From a virus (Duplodnaviria > Caudoviricetes): a stretch of 64,000 nt of DNA. The stretch is taken from positions 32,001 through 96,000 of IMG/VR virus record IMGVR_UViG_2974611114_000001; one strand, 5' to 3'. A program made the position numbers and the translations under genes. The notes beneath the pieces are model-generated. The model worked only from the letters and a program-made list of their open reading frames with translations, was not told the origin of the DNA and made no database searches. Below are positions 10,737 to 20,671 of this stretch, piece after piece; the stretch's first letter is position 1; every line of letters begins with the position of its first letter.

Positions 10737-11368
10737 TAATACCATTCTCCTTTGCCAACTTTGAATACTTGAAATACTGTTTCTGCCTCTGATACACCAT
10801 GGCATATTAACATATCACACAAATTATCCGCCCAACCATCATGTAGCATATTGAATACTGGGATATTATAAGACATAGCTACTGATACTGCTGTTGCTGT
10901 TCCACCTTTAGCCATGCCAAACTTATCTTCCGGAGCCCAGTATACTACAAAATCAGTAGGATCATCTAAATTATATCCTAGAACCTGTTGCATGTTCCTA
11001 CAGTGAGCATCCAATGCAAAACCATCCAACGTGTCACCGTATTTATGGTGTACATATACTAATGTTTCTAGTTCTTCCCTTAATAGACCATGTTTAGGCA
11101 CTACTTGACATAGTTCTGGGTCACCAAATTTTGCACCAAAATTAGGATTAGGAAGAAATATCTCGGCACATTCTTTATAAGGTAAGGCTGAATGTGGAGT
11201 TCTGCTACCTGTACTTGCCCCCTGTTGAAAAGCATAGTCCATTCCCTCAGCCCTTCCACTGCGTAGCTTTAATCCTAGAATAGTGTTTAATAAATATGCT
11301 AGGTATCGTGCTTCTCTTTGTTTATGTAAAGGAGCTTTACGACTTCCTATACCTGTGTATACTTTCAT
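10736..11368 (-). CDS. SLOG/DprA(Smf)-like protein
   Basis: YTGIGSR, RSGRAEGMD, RN..VLG, GGTATAV motifs. Confidence 0.75.
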   Translation of the reverse strand: MKVYTGIGSRKAPLHKQREARYLAYLLNTILGLKLRSGRAEGMDYAFQQGASTGSRTPHSALPYKECAEIFLPNPNFGAKFGDPELCQVVPKHGLLREELETLVYVHHKYGDTLDGFALDAHCRNMQQVLGYNLDDPTDFVVYWAPEDKFGMAKGGTATAVSVAMSYNIPVFNMLHDGWADNLCDMLICHGVSEAETVFQVFKVGKGEWY

Positions 11369-11447
11369 ATAATTACTCCCAATCTATTTATAAAATAATT
11401 ATATCAAAATATTTAGTAAACGTCAAGTAAAATAAAAGCCGAAGATG

Positions 11448-11888
11448 CTAATCCTCGGCTTTTTCTACTTCCTTTATTTCAACGTTATCAACGTGCTCTA
11501 ATACCTCTTGTAATAGTTCTGCCTTACTAAGACAAGTGGCTAATGCTTTAAATAACCTAGTTGTAGAGTCTAATGTAAAGGGTATACTGAACCCTCTAGA
11601 GGTCGGTCTCCACACATCTTCTAGATCTAGATACCAGTATCTAATTCCGAAATACGTGTTGCCTAAAAACTCGGATACGGTGAACCTAACTTGTTCACCG
11701 TATTTTTCCCAGAGAATATGATCAATTAGGTCAGTATTTCCACTAATATCCTGAAGAAATTCCCCCTCAGAGTTTAGTTGAGACACGAGCGTTGTTAACG
11801 GCAGTTCCGAGGTGTTCCACTTTAAAGATATGTGATACAGGCAGTACTCGGAATTGATCTTGTGCCCAGTTAAACACAAGAATCTCAT
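11448..11888 (-). CDS. PC4/p15-like ssDNA-binding protein (true start probably ~11786)
   Basis: TVSEFLG..YFGIRYWY...WRPT.RGFSIP signature. Confidence 0.75.
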   Translation of the reverse strand: MRFLCLTGHKINSEYCLYHISLKWNTSELPLTTLVSQLNSEGEFLQDISGNTDLIDHILWEKYGEQVRFTVSEFLGNTYFGIRYWYLDLEDVWRPTSRGFSIPFTLDSTTRLFKALATCLSKAELLQEVLEHVDNVEIKEVEKAED

Positions 11889-12102
11889 CTTCCCCCACTT
11901 TCATAGGTTTGCTAGTAGCTAGCTTATGAGCTACGTAAGGGGTTGAGAAATCAGTAGTACAAGCAAAGTGCGTAGTACCTTTAGCCTTGATTTTTCGATA
12001 GAAAACAAAAGCATCACCAAATTTAGTTAGTGCTTCTAAGATTTTCTCTTTCTTATTGGCTTCCGACTTCTCAAAACGGATTACTGGATTAATCATATAC
12101 AA
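11767..12102 (-). CDS. conserved T5-like hypothetical protein
   Basis: CTTDFSTPY and LVFNW..D.FR pattern; synteny. Confidence 0.7.
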   Translation of the reverse strand: MYMINPVIRFEKSEANKKEKILEALTKFGDAFVFYRKIKAKGTTHFACTTDFSTPYVAHKLATSKPMKVGEDEILVFNWAQDQFRVLPVSHIFKVEHLGTAVNNARVSTKL

Positions 12103-12116
12103 CTCTCCCTAGTTAA

Positions 12117-12563
12117 TTATGCAACATTTACTGTATTTAATACATCAGCTAAGTGCTGAGCAAATTTACCAGTTAATTTTTCAAACTGATCCATCTCAAG
12201 AGATGCTTCGTCGATACCTAATTTTCCAGTTAATACTGAGATTAACGCTGCCTGTGCTTCTGCCTTAGAAGTACGACCGCCCCCTTTAGATGTGGAAGCT
12301 GTTTTAGCAGTCTTTTTAGCCCCTTCTGGTTTCTTGAAGTAGCGACCAGCTTTTGCTAACTTCATACGAGCGCCTGCTACTGTTGCATCAGTGCCTTCAA
12401 CTGCCTCTGCTAGAGCTTCTGTAGTATACTTACCTTTCAGCTCATCATCAGTCGATTCATCGCTTGGGTTATTTTCACGGTGTGTTGCTACCATAGCCTC
12501 TAATGCTTCATCGTATTTATCAGCGATCATTGCAAAAGCTTCATCAGTCCATTCAAATGCCAT
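12117..12563 (-). CDS. T5 D3-like protein
   Basis: W-T-D-E start, GARMKL.KAG.Y, GGGRTSKAEAQ, KLTGK. Confidence 0.75.
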   Translation of the reverse strand: MAFEWTDEAFAMIADKYDEALEAMVATHRENNPSDESTDDELKGKYTTEALAEAVEGTDATVAGARMKLAKAGRYFKKPEGAKKTAKTASTSKGGGRTSKAEAQAALISVLTGKLGIDEASLEMDQFEKLTGKFAQHLADVLNTVNVA

Positions 12564-12636
12564 AATTTTTATATCCTCTTTTGTTTAATTGATATGAATA
12601 TTATATCTAATATTTAGTGAGTTGGCAAATACAATT

Positions 12637-12891
12637 TTAAATTAAGACCCAGTCTTGTGAACGTAGGTCTAATTCATAGATTGATTTGCGTGGTGTGGTT
12701 TTTGGAACATCCAGTAAAAGTGTTTCAGTATACGTTCCGTCAGGGTACACGGTGGTGTATACCCCTAGAACGTCTCCTTGGGAGTCTGGTCTAGCTACCT
12801 CTACACGGCTATTATTCTTTTCTGCTAATTTAATAGCAAATAATAGGCTTACTTTCTTAATCACTAAGCTACTTCCTTTTCTTATCATCAT
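12637..12891 (-). CDS. hypothetical protein
   Basis: 84-aa ORF coupled to D2. Confidence 0.55.
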   Translation of the reverse strand: MMIRKGSSLVIKKVSLLFAIKLAEKNNSRVEVARPDSQGDVLGVYTTVYPDGTYTETLLLDVPKTTPRKSIYELDLRSQDWVLI

Positions 12892-13588
12892 TTGCTTGTT
12901 TCTTAGCTTTCTCTAGTGCTGAGCTAAGAAGAGGATACGCGTCTTCTTTTGTCCACTTAAAACCTACTTTTGCTTGGTCAATCCCAAACTTATGTAGATG
13001 TTTTAAACTTCCTAAGTTCCATGAGTTTTGATGAACGTACTGTTGAGTTCCCTCATCTAGAAGATAAACGCGATAAACATCATCATTAATCTTCTTCATG
13101 ATCTCCCCAAAGCATTGGTATGCGGATACCCATACTTTTTCACCAACTTCGAACTCGAAAGACATAGCCGCCTCTGGAACTAGTGGAGGATTAAGCTCAA
13201 AAGGCTTATCTGGCGGAGCCGATTGAGCCGATCTAAGGTCTGCTCCTACGCTCTCCAAAAACTCTTTAACTTTACTAGAAGATCTATATACTGCACTTGC
13301 AATCTCAGCCAATGATTGACCATTAAGACTACGTTCAATAATATCTGTAGCCTCTACTCCCTCAATCGGCTTTCCGCGTTTCTGGGCACGCATACGCTTA
13401 TCAAGTTCTTTATTAGCCTGCCACTCCTCAATCAGTTTTTCCATTTGAGGATTGGAACTAACTTTGACACCGGATCTACCTAAAATATCTCTCGCACCTA
13501 CTTTTGTACCACCATTCTCTAGCCATTCAATAGCTTCTTTAAACAGAGAATCTGGAATCATATGTGCGTGTTTTCTTGATCTAGCCAT
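12869..13588 (-). CDS. T5 D2-like protein
   Basis: Start MARSRK with GGAG RBS; HTH (SLAEIAS.VYRS), GEKVW motif; synteny. Confidence 0.75.
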   Translation of the reverse strand: MARSRKHAHMIPDSLFKEAIEWLENGGTKVGARDILGRSGVKVSSNPQMEKLIEEWQANKELDKRMRAQKRGKPIEGVEATDIIERSLNGQSLAEIASAVYRSSSKVKEFLESVGADLRSAQSAPPDKPFELNPPLVPEAAMSFEFEVGEKVWVSAYQCFGEIMKKINDDVYRVYLLDEGTQQYVHQNSWNLGSLKHLHKFGIDQAKVGFKWTKEDAYPLLSSALEKAKKQANDDKKRK

Positions 13589-13925
13589 TAACTGACTCTC
13601 CATCAACAACGGATTTAACATAGTTCACTATTGTATCGCAGTGACACCTTTTCTTTGGTTTGCAGAAACATCCAAGAACTATATGCTTTCCATTAGAGTT
13701 TCTGTAGTCCTCTATAATAGTATTTACTGCCATAGCAAACTCAGGGTCTAACTCTAATGATCTAAAGAAGTAGTTCTCATATTCGTCGCATACTCTATCT
13801 CTATCTAAAGAATGCTCCATATGAAAAGGATTACCTAACACTGATAAATCCTTACCTACTCCTGCATAATAGTTGGGTCTGCCACAATAGTGAGTACATT
13901 GTCTAGCTAACCCTGCAAATATCAT
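13581..13925 (-). CDS. DUF4326-like protein
   Basis: Y.GRP...S.LGNPF, LGCFCKP...CHCD. Confidence 0.75.
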   Translation of the reverse strand: MIFAGLARQCTHYCGRPNYYAGVGKDLSVLGNPFHMEHSLDRDRVCDEYENYFFRSLELDPEFAMAVNTIIEDYRNSNGKHIVLGCFCKPKKRCHCDTIVNYVKSVVDGESVNG

Positions 13926-13957
13926 TTAATTTATTCCTTATTCAGAATTTAAATATA

Positions 13958-14206
13958 TTATATTACTTTATAAGGATCTTTGCAAATAGAATTTTCATGT
14001 ATTTCCGATAGTTCTTTATACCGCTTCTCTAGAACTAATGTTATCATCTTCTGCAATCTGACTGTTCTTCTATGCTCTAACCAAGATATGGGGTCAGGTA
14101 GTAACATCAAGGCTGGTGGAACGACCCTACAGATAGGTCGTTCATCTCTTTCCTCGACGTATTTCTTGGCTGGTGGCTTAGCATATACTTTCTTCCATCT
14201 ACCCAT
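13958..14206 (-). CDS. conserved T5-like hypothetical protein
   Basis: Likely start MGRWKK; overlaps the obp stop. Confidence 0.6.
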   Translation of the reverse strand: MGRWKKVYAKPPAKKYVEERDERPICRVVPPALMLLPDPISWLEHRRTVRLQKMITLVLEKRYKELSEIHENSICKDPYKVI

Positions 14207-16976
14207 CTCCAAGCTCCAAATCAGCAATACCCTCATAGTACTTCTGCTTCTCTTCGATAGTCATAAATGCTACAGGTAACTGGATACCTTCTATTCTGCA
14301 GTACGTTCTGTACCAGTCTACAATATTAGTAGTATCCATATCTTTACCGATACCCATCATTGTTAAGTACATTCTAGCATATTTAGGAGATGCACTATTA
14401 CCAGTTCTAATAAAGAATTCCCTTTTATGGGATTTCATAGCCTCTACGAATGGGACTATTGTCTTTTCAGAACACCTAGTAATTGGCTCCCAGAAAATGT
14501 CTTGAACCTTATGGAAGAACCCAGCTCGTTCGTGTGGCTTTTCAGTAACGTATTGTTCTACTAATTCTCTGGTTAGCTCATTGATGTTGTCCAACTTATA
14601 GTACTGTAATAGTAACATCTTTTCAGAATACGCATCATTATGTCGTAATGGTGTGTAATCAGGAGTAGAAGACATAATAGCATCCACACGTTGATTAAAG
14701 TACTCAGTACTAGCGCTCTCTATACCTCCCCAGCTTTCCGTAAATATATCAATAGTTGCACCTTGATCTAATAAATAGAATCTTAACGTTGATTGATAGT
14801 TTTTACTCTCTATCTCCCTACGTCTGGCGTATAGCTGTTGACTTCTATCAATCCATCCCTCATCAGCATTATATTGCTCAGAACCTGCAACAAATCCAGC
14901 AACACCAGGATTAGTATACATATAGATTGACATTGCACCACGATCTCGCCTGATAGCTTGCATTCTCATGTTTGGTGAGTGATTGGCTGTATTAGTTATT
15001 ACAAATACGTTATCAAAGTAATTAAAGTCAACACCACTAGTTACCGATGGACTACATAATAGGGCATCAATCCCCTGATCAATTAACTCTTGGTTAGTTA
15101 AATCTAGGATTCTTCTAATATCGGGATCCTCTGTAGATGAGGAGTGGACTTCTTTAACATTCGCCCCTGTTGCCGCTCGTAGGGCTATGCCCTTTTCGGC
15201 TAACTGGGCGGGACCGGAGTCTGATACTAATATTGACTTCTCACCCATCTCTAGAGATGTTTGCAGAGCTGTCCATATAGACTTTTCGTCAGGAAACTCA
15301 TATACTTGAGCACCCTCCAGCATTCTTCTATGGTGATTGTAATAATAAATAGGTTTGGCGAAGCCAATTAGAGCACCATAAGCCTCAATCGTTTCTGCAC
15401 TAATATCACCATCCGATAGAACAACATAGTCTGCTGCCAGTAGTAGTTCTCGTAACGTTTCGATGCATGCCCTACGTTGCTTTACGACCGGCGCAAATAA
15501 TAGGTCATTCATAACAGCGTCTGCTTCATCAATAAACACGAAGTTAACTCTATCGGTGAATGTTGCGAACTTATGTATGGAATGAATAGTAGTTGACATT
15601 CTATCAATACCACCACGTTTAAAGTTTAGCATGTCTGCCGTCTTACAATATTGACCTGCACCGAATTTAGCTGCGTTAGATGCTACCAGTGAACGGGTGT
15701 TCGTTACTGCTAGGAACCCCCCTTTAACTAACCCCTTATTAAGCCAATTAATAATTGCAGTTGTCTTACCAGTACCTAAAGATGCTTTAACGAATGTCAT
15801 ACTATTAGGTGGCGGGATTTCCCGAAGTTTTAAGTACTTTTCCGCCTCGTTGCTATCAGTTTTCAGGGCGTACAAAGGCACTCCCTTTAGATTACCTTCA
15901 GGGATTTTTCTAGCTGAATTGTTAACGAATGCTTTTAATGCTTGACGTCTACCATTATTAAAGTAATCTTGAACAGAACGTCTGTTATCTTTAGTACTTA
16001 CATACTCCTCAAGATATGGACGAATTTCTCTCTCTAGCCAAGCTAGATCAACGCCCTCTTCTAATGCTCTATGGTAGAGTTTAGGAATAATACGAAGATA
16101 TACACCATCTTCTGCTTCTTCAAGCTCTCTGATAGTATCCTCTATTTTTTCTGATGTAGATTTTTTTCCTTTAATAGAATCTAATAATGACAAAAATTCC
16201 TCTTTAAATTCACCACGAGTTGACTCATAGTCTGGTGCATTATGTGGAAGATTAATCTTCGAACCCTCAACACGCACCAATCTTGGAATTCTACGTTCTA
16301 GGAAAGGATCTACCATGCCATCCTCAAAGATAGGATCAGCGAAGTAATGTGGTTGTACTGCTGAATAGTACGCTAAGTCAATAAGGTCGGAACCATACTT
16401 TTGGCGTGACGATTCGTTGACAGTCGAAAATATAAACTTCAACTGCCCTTGTGTAACTGGAATATTGCTTTCTAGAATTAAGTGAATACGAATCCCTGGC
16501 TTTATGCCAGCAGAAGATGATGCATGAACAATAAAGCCTGCATCCAATGGAAACATATCCTCACTTATATTATTAAGCATCTTTATAGCAAACTTTGCTT
16601 GACCTACCAAATCGAAATGATCAATATCTTCAGGCAAGGGGAAGTCGTCCACGTCAATAGCTACTACATGGCTTCGCTCTGTTAAATCAAAGTTTACTCT
16701 ACGTCTATAAATAGCATTCTTAGAACCAGTACATTTACCGCGAACGGCTAATAGGTACGGATTCCTAGTGAGGGTGTGTAAAAGATCCTCCATCTCGACT
16801 AAGTCTTCTGGATATACCTCATCAACAACATTATACTGAATAGCCATAGATGCTGGCTTGCCTTCTGGATGTTCTTTATTGAATCGTTTACAGAATACTA
16901 AATCTGTATCCTTTTCATACTCACCAGTGGCTTTATTCAGACGATAGCCCTCATGTCCCTTTAAAATAGTGAACAT
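14199..16976 (-). CDS. obp: replication origin-binding protein (UL9-like SF2 helicase with N-terminal primase-like region)
   Basis: AIDVDD/RIH N-domain, KASLGTGKT, FIDEAD, TSGVDF, Q.IRR.R. Confidence 0.88.
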   Translation of the reverse strand: MFTILKGHEGYRLNKATGEYEKDTDLVFCKRFNKEHPEGKPASMAIQYNVVDEVYPEDLVEMEDLLHTLTRNPYLLAVRGKCTGSKNAIYRRRVNFDLTERSHVVAIDVDDFPLPEDIDHFDLVGQAKFAIKMLNNISEDMFPLDAGFIVHASSSAGIKPGIRIHLILESNIPVTQGQLKFIFSTVNESSRQKYGSDLIDLAYYSAVQPHYFADPIFEDGMVDPFLERRIPRLVRVEGSKINLPHNAPDYESTRGEFKEEFLSLLDSIKGKKSTSEKIEDTIRELEEAEDGVYLRIIPKLYHRALEEGVDLAWLEREIRPYLEEYVSTKDNRRSVQDYFNNGRRQALKAFVNNSARKIPEGNLKGVPLYALKTDSNEAEKYLKLREIPPPNSMTFVKASLGTGKTTAIINWLNKGLVKGGFLAVTNTRSLVASNAAKFGAGQYCKTADMLNFKRGGIDRMSTTIHSIHKFATFTDRVNFVFIDEADAVMNDLLFAPVVKQRRACIETLRELLLAADYVVLSDGDISAETIEAYGALIGFAKPIYYYNHHRRMLEGAQVYEFPDEKSIWTALQTSLEMGEKSILVSDSGPAQLAEKGIALRAATGANVKEVHSSSTEDPDIRRILDLTNQELIDQGIDALLCSPSVTSGVDFNYFDNVFVITNTANHSPNMRMQAIRRDRGAMSIYMYTNPGVAGFVAGSEQYNADEGWIDRSQQLYARRREIESKNYQSTLRFYLLDQGATIDIFTESWGGIESASTEYFNQRVDAIMSSTPDYTPLRHNDAYSEKMLLLQYYKLDNINELTRELVEQYVTEKPHERAGFFHKVQDIFWEPITRCSEKTIVPFVEAMKSHKREFFIRTGNSASPKYARMYLTMMGIGKDMDTTNIVDWYRTYCRIEGIQLPVAFMTIEEKQKYYEGIADLELGDG

Positions 16977-17044
16977 GCTACTATAACTCCTTTGTTATAA
17001 ATTTTAGATACAATTATACTATATAGAATTACCACTTGTCAATT

Positions 17045-17737
17045 GCATTTTTCACGGCTAAGGCTTCCGGTGGCACAAGTGCTCGGGTTCCCCTTATCTT
17101 ACTCCTGCAACTTCTAGTTAATAATAAACAGATTCCATAACTACCTCTTACGCCATTGTGCTAGGGAGAGTGTTCCACGTAAGCCCCATCGTTGCATCGA
17201 TTCTTTAAGTTTCATTATGTTCACTGCTAGTACAGACGTTTTCTCAAAATAGAGAATTACTCCGAAGCTATAAACTTATATCACCATTCATTGTATTACT
17301 TCAAAACCATAATGCGGCAAGGTTACGAATGCTAACAGCCAGTTGAATCATAATAACCGCCCCACGATATCAGATAACCCGCTAAGGCATACGTGGCTCG
17401 GGACCCCTTTCCTCCGAGGAGGCATTAAGCGCCGTAGTTACTAAGTTCAATATCCGACTTTTTTCAGGCTCGAGGCAGTAGGGCATACATCTCTGATTAA
17501 GGCATCGAATGCCATATGTACCGCACGCGGGATCACACCGCACCTACTCTGTTAGCTTTGAATTGTCATAATACGAATAATGTTACAGGTTCATAGTCAT
17601 CGGAGACAAAAGTCTCCGACTAAGGCAGAAATCTACCTCAATATAATAAGAGACCCAACGAACCGTACTCTATCGAGTATCTCTAAGGGCACTCTAGGAA
17701 TACCCTTAGAGATCGGGGATCCCTCCCCTCACTCGAT
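17045..17737 (-). ncRNA. candidate large structured ncRNA (~690 nt)
   Basis: No ORF in the track; consensus promoter just upstream; many hairpins with G-U pairs and a long-range helix; 3' end uncertain. Confidence 0.6.
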
Positions 17738-17743
17738 ATAAAT

Positions 17744-17772
17744 ATTATATCAAATATTTAAAAATTTGTCAA
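17744..17772 (-). promoter_or_regulatory. sigma70 consensus promoter
   Basis: TTGACA-17bp-TATAAT. Confidence 0.85.
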
Positions 17773-17796
17773 GAATACTTTATAAAATCGCATCGA

Positions 17797-18435
17797 CTAA
17801 CGGCGTACAACACGTAATGTACCGATTAGACCATTATCAATAGCAAACCCAAGAATCTCATCCAACGTCGAATCTTTAAGCTCAACATGGAATGCACTAG
17901 AATTTGCGCTACTGATGCAAATACCTACCATTTCTTTATAGAGATCAGAATCCTCCCCGTAAGTCTCCGATACATAATCAAGGGCATTCAAAAGCACTTC
18001 ATTTTTAAAACGTCGCATTGCTGGGCAATCTTCATTAGTAAGACCCGCTAATAGGTTACGACCAACAATGTTTAAGAGATTTTCATCTCCTAGCACTTCG
18101 CTAGTGTCGCATTCAACAATGTTACGTAAGGAAAAGTCAATAGATGCCTCATCGTATGCAAGTATATGACCAGTACATGCAAAAATTAACGAGTTGATAA
18201 CCCTAAACCCTGGAGTTAATATCATCTCTACCAGCATATTTGCTAGAATACCGTCCGCCACAAACATACTTTCTGTTAAAGTCTTAGATACTCTAGGGGT
18301 AAATAGCATTGGGTATTCTTTATGGATGCATTTGAGCACGTAAAGCAGATCTACTTTACCAATCCCTGCATCAATCCAGTTGCCATCAGCAACATAACCC
18401 ATCTGTACACTATCAATAATCTTTACTAAGTACAT
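17797..18435 (-). CDS. hypothetical protein
   Basis: 212 aa, GAGG RBS, own promoter TTGACT..TATAAT at ~18470-18498. Confidence 0.7.
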   Translation of the reverse strand: MYLVKIIDSVQMGYVADGNWIDAGIGKVDLLYVLKCIHKEYPMLFTPRVSKTLTESMFVADGILANMLVEMILTPGFRVINSLIFACTGHILAYDEASIDFSLRNIVECDTSEVLGDENLLNIVGRNLLAGLTNEDCPAMRRFKNEVLLNALDYVSETYGEDSDLYKEMVGICISSANSSAFHVELKDSTLDEILGFAIDNGLIGTLRVVRR

Positions 18436-18506
18436 ATTAATTTCCTCTATTTGTTAATAATATGGGAATATTATATCAATATTCCCATGAATAGTCAAAT
18501 AAAATT

Positions 18507-20372
18507 TTACTGGATCTTACCGCTACGCACATCTGCATGCTTAACCCTACCCATAACCTCATGTTGCTTACCTGGGTTAAATGGTCTAGCACCTGGGTTA
18601 CCTAAGTATCCACATACCCTTCGTGTAATTTCAAGAGTGTTAGTATCGTGGTTACCACAAGCTGGGCATTCAAACCCATTCTCACTGGCTATGGCTTCGC
18701 CAATAAAACCACATTCACTACAGGTGTCAACAGGAGTATTAATACCAAAGTAATGAACCTTACTAGCAGCATAGTCAATTACCCACTCTAAAGCATCTAA
18801 GAATCGCTTCATATCTGGTAACTCTACATAAGCAATGCAACCACCACTAGCAATAGAAGTAAAGTTAGATTCATAATCAAATTTGACATCAGGAGCCACC
18901 TTTCTAGCAACATCTAAATGATGCGAGTTAGTATAGTAACCTTTCTCGAATAGCCAAGAATACTCAGGAAATTTATTAGCATCCAACTGGTTGAAACGAT
19001 TACATAATGACTCACTAGGAGTTGCATACAAACTGAAGCCAATACCTGTATTAGCCTTTTCAATATCACACGCCTCACGTATGTATAAAAGAACTTGCTT
19101 AACGAATTCGATACATTCAGAGCTCATAGTATCTACATTTTTACCGAACATTGCTTGCAACATCTCATGGCAACCAATATAACCTACGGAAATGGATGCA
19201 CGATCCTTAAAATGGTCAAATACTAAGTCCTTTGCATTCAGTCGCATACCAAAAGCCCCTGACATGTATAAGATAGGAGCAGCTTCTGCTCTTACTTTCT
19301 TAAGGTGATCCATTCTCCAATAGCATGCATTAATAGCCAGTTCTACCCGCTCTTCTAAAATGTCGAAGAAAGTATCAACATCTCCTTCTGACTCAATAGC
19401 GATTCTAGGTAGGTTTATGCTAACAACACCTAAATTATTACGACCTGCTGTCTCACCATCTTTATTGGCAGCTAAGAAACTTCTACAACCCATACTTACT
19501 TTATAGTCACCAGTAACTTCAACAACCTTATCATATGATATGTAGTCAGGATACATGCGTTCACTAGTACATTTAATAGCTAGCTTCTTAATATCGTAGT
19601 TAGGGTCACCGGGTTTCATATTAAGTCCAGGTTTAAGTACATATACTAATTTGGGAAATATAGCAGTATGTTTACCATTCCCTAATCCAGCCATTCTAGT
19701 ATTTAGGATAGCTTTCTGTATCATTCTAGCTTCCCAAGAAGTACCTAACCCAAATCCTAGAGTAACAAAAGGGCTTTGACCATTTGAGTTAAAGAGTGTA
19801 TTGATCTCATACTCCAAACTCTGCATAGCATCTTTAACTTCCTTCTCTACCATCTCAGTTGCCATTACAGCAGATTTAGCAACATCCCCTTTCAACCACT
19901 TCATTGCAAATGATAGCGCCTTATTATATGACGCCCTGACATACGGAGCATATATTTCATCAATTCTATCAATAGATGTTCCTCCATATTGGTGACTTGA
20001 CACCTGAGCTAAAATCTGTGCGGTCACAGCCACAGCTGTATCTAGAGACTTAGGAGTTGTAATATCAGCATTCCCTACTCGCATACCATCCCTTAGCATC
20101 CCTTCTAAATCTACCAAACAGCAATTAGTGTAGCCCATAGCAGAGTAGTCAGCGTCATGGAAGTGGATGTCTCCAGAGTTATGTGCTTCTAGGATATCTT
20201 CAGGTAGCATTTCTTCTAGTAATGCCTTACATACTTCACCCGCCAACATATCACGTTGAGTGGCTAGTCGTTCAGAAGGCTTATTAGCATTATTAAACCG
20301 TAAATCATCTTCCGCTGTGTTAGAGATTATATCTCTAGAGTTGTTCATCATACTTTTTAATTTTTCAGTCAT
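18507..20372 (-). CDS. nrdD: anaerobic ribonucleotide reductase (class III)
   Basis: HFHD, TNCCL, MGCRSFL, ATPSESLC, CxxC/CxxC, RRVCGYL glycyl-radical loop; start MTEKL after GGAGG. Confidence 0.95.
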   Translation of the reverse strand: MTEKLKSMMNNSRDIISNTAEDDLRFNNANKPSERLATQRDMLAGEVCKALLEEMLPEDILEAHNSGDIHFHDADYSAMGYTNCCLVDLEGMLRDGMRVGNADITTPKSLDTAVAVTAQILAQVSSHQYGGTSIDRIDEIYAPYVRASYNKALSFAMKWLKGDVAKSAVMATEMVEKEVKDAMQSLEYEINTLFNSNGQSPFVTLGFGLGTSWEARMIQKAILNTRMAGLGNGKHTAIFPKLVYVLKPGLNMKPGDPNYDIKKLAIKCTSERMYPDYISYDKVVEVTGDYKVSMGCRSFLAANKDGETAGRNNLGVVSINLPRIAIESEGDVDTFFDILEERVELAINACYWRMDHLKKVRAEAAPILYMSGAFGMRLNAKDLVFDHFKDRASISVGYIGCHEMLQAMFGKNVDTMSSECIEFVKQVLLYIREACDIEKANTGIGFSLYATPSESLCNRFNQLDANKFPEYSWLFEKGYYTNSHHLDVARKVAPDVKFDYESNFTSIASGGCIAYVELPDMKRFLDALEWVIDYAASKVHYFGINTPVDTCSECGFIGEAIASENGFECPACGNHDTNTLEITRRVCGYLGNPGARPFNPGKQHEVMGRVKHADVRSGKIQ

Positions 20373-20576
20373 TGTTTCTCCTCCGATATATTGATACATT
20401 ATACCAAATCTGTACGTCTATGTCAACTAAAATTTATTTATTCTTCCAGCGATAACAAAATATTAACAAAATTTTATTTGACAAGCTGAAAATTATATGA
20501 TATACGCACGTATGCGCGCTCGCGCGTTATAATAAAAGAAAGGATTCGATCTTTCAGGTAGTTTTAAAAATTGTAC

Positions 20577-20605
20577 TTGCAATTTATGTGTAAATGTTAT
20601 ATAAT
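20577..20605 (+). promoter_or_regulatory. sigma70-type early promoter at the strand divergence
   Basis: TTGCAA...TATAAT; a divergent TTGACA..TATAAT lies on the minus strand at ~20426. Confidence 0.7.
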
Positions 20606-20671
20606 ATTAAGTAAATGGGAGAACCTCAATCCTAATTTATGGATTCGAGACCTTAAACGGAGAGGTAATGC

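Noticed and set aside
1567-20000. Plus-strand ORFs opposite the replication genes (1567, 2609, 3787, 5682, 6455, 7738, 8549, 8834, 9829, 13980, 15697, 18451 etc.)
   Set aside because: Antisense shadows of well-supported genes, with no RBS or motifs
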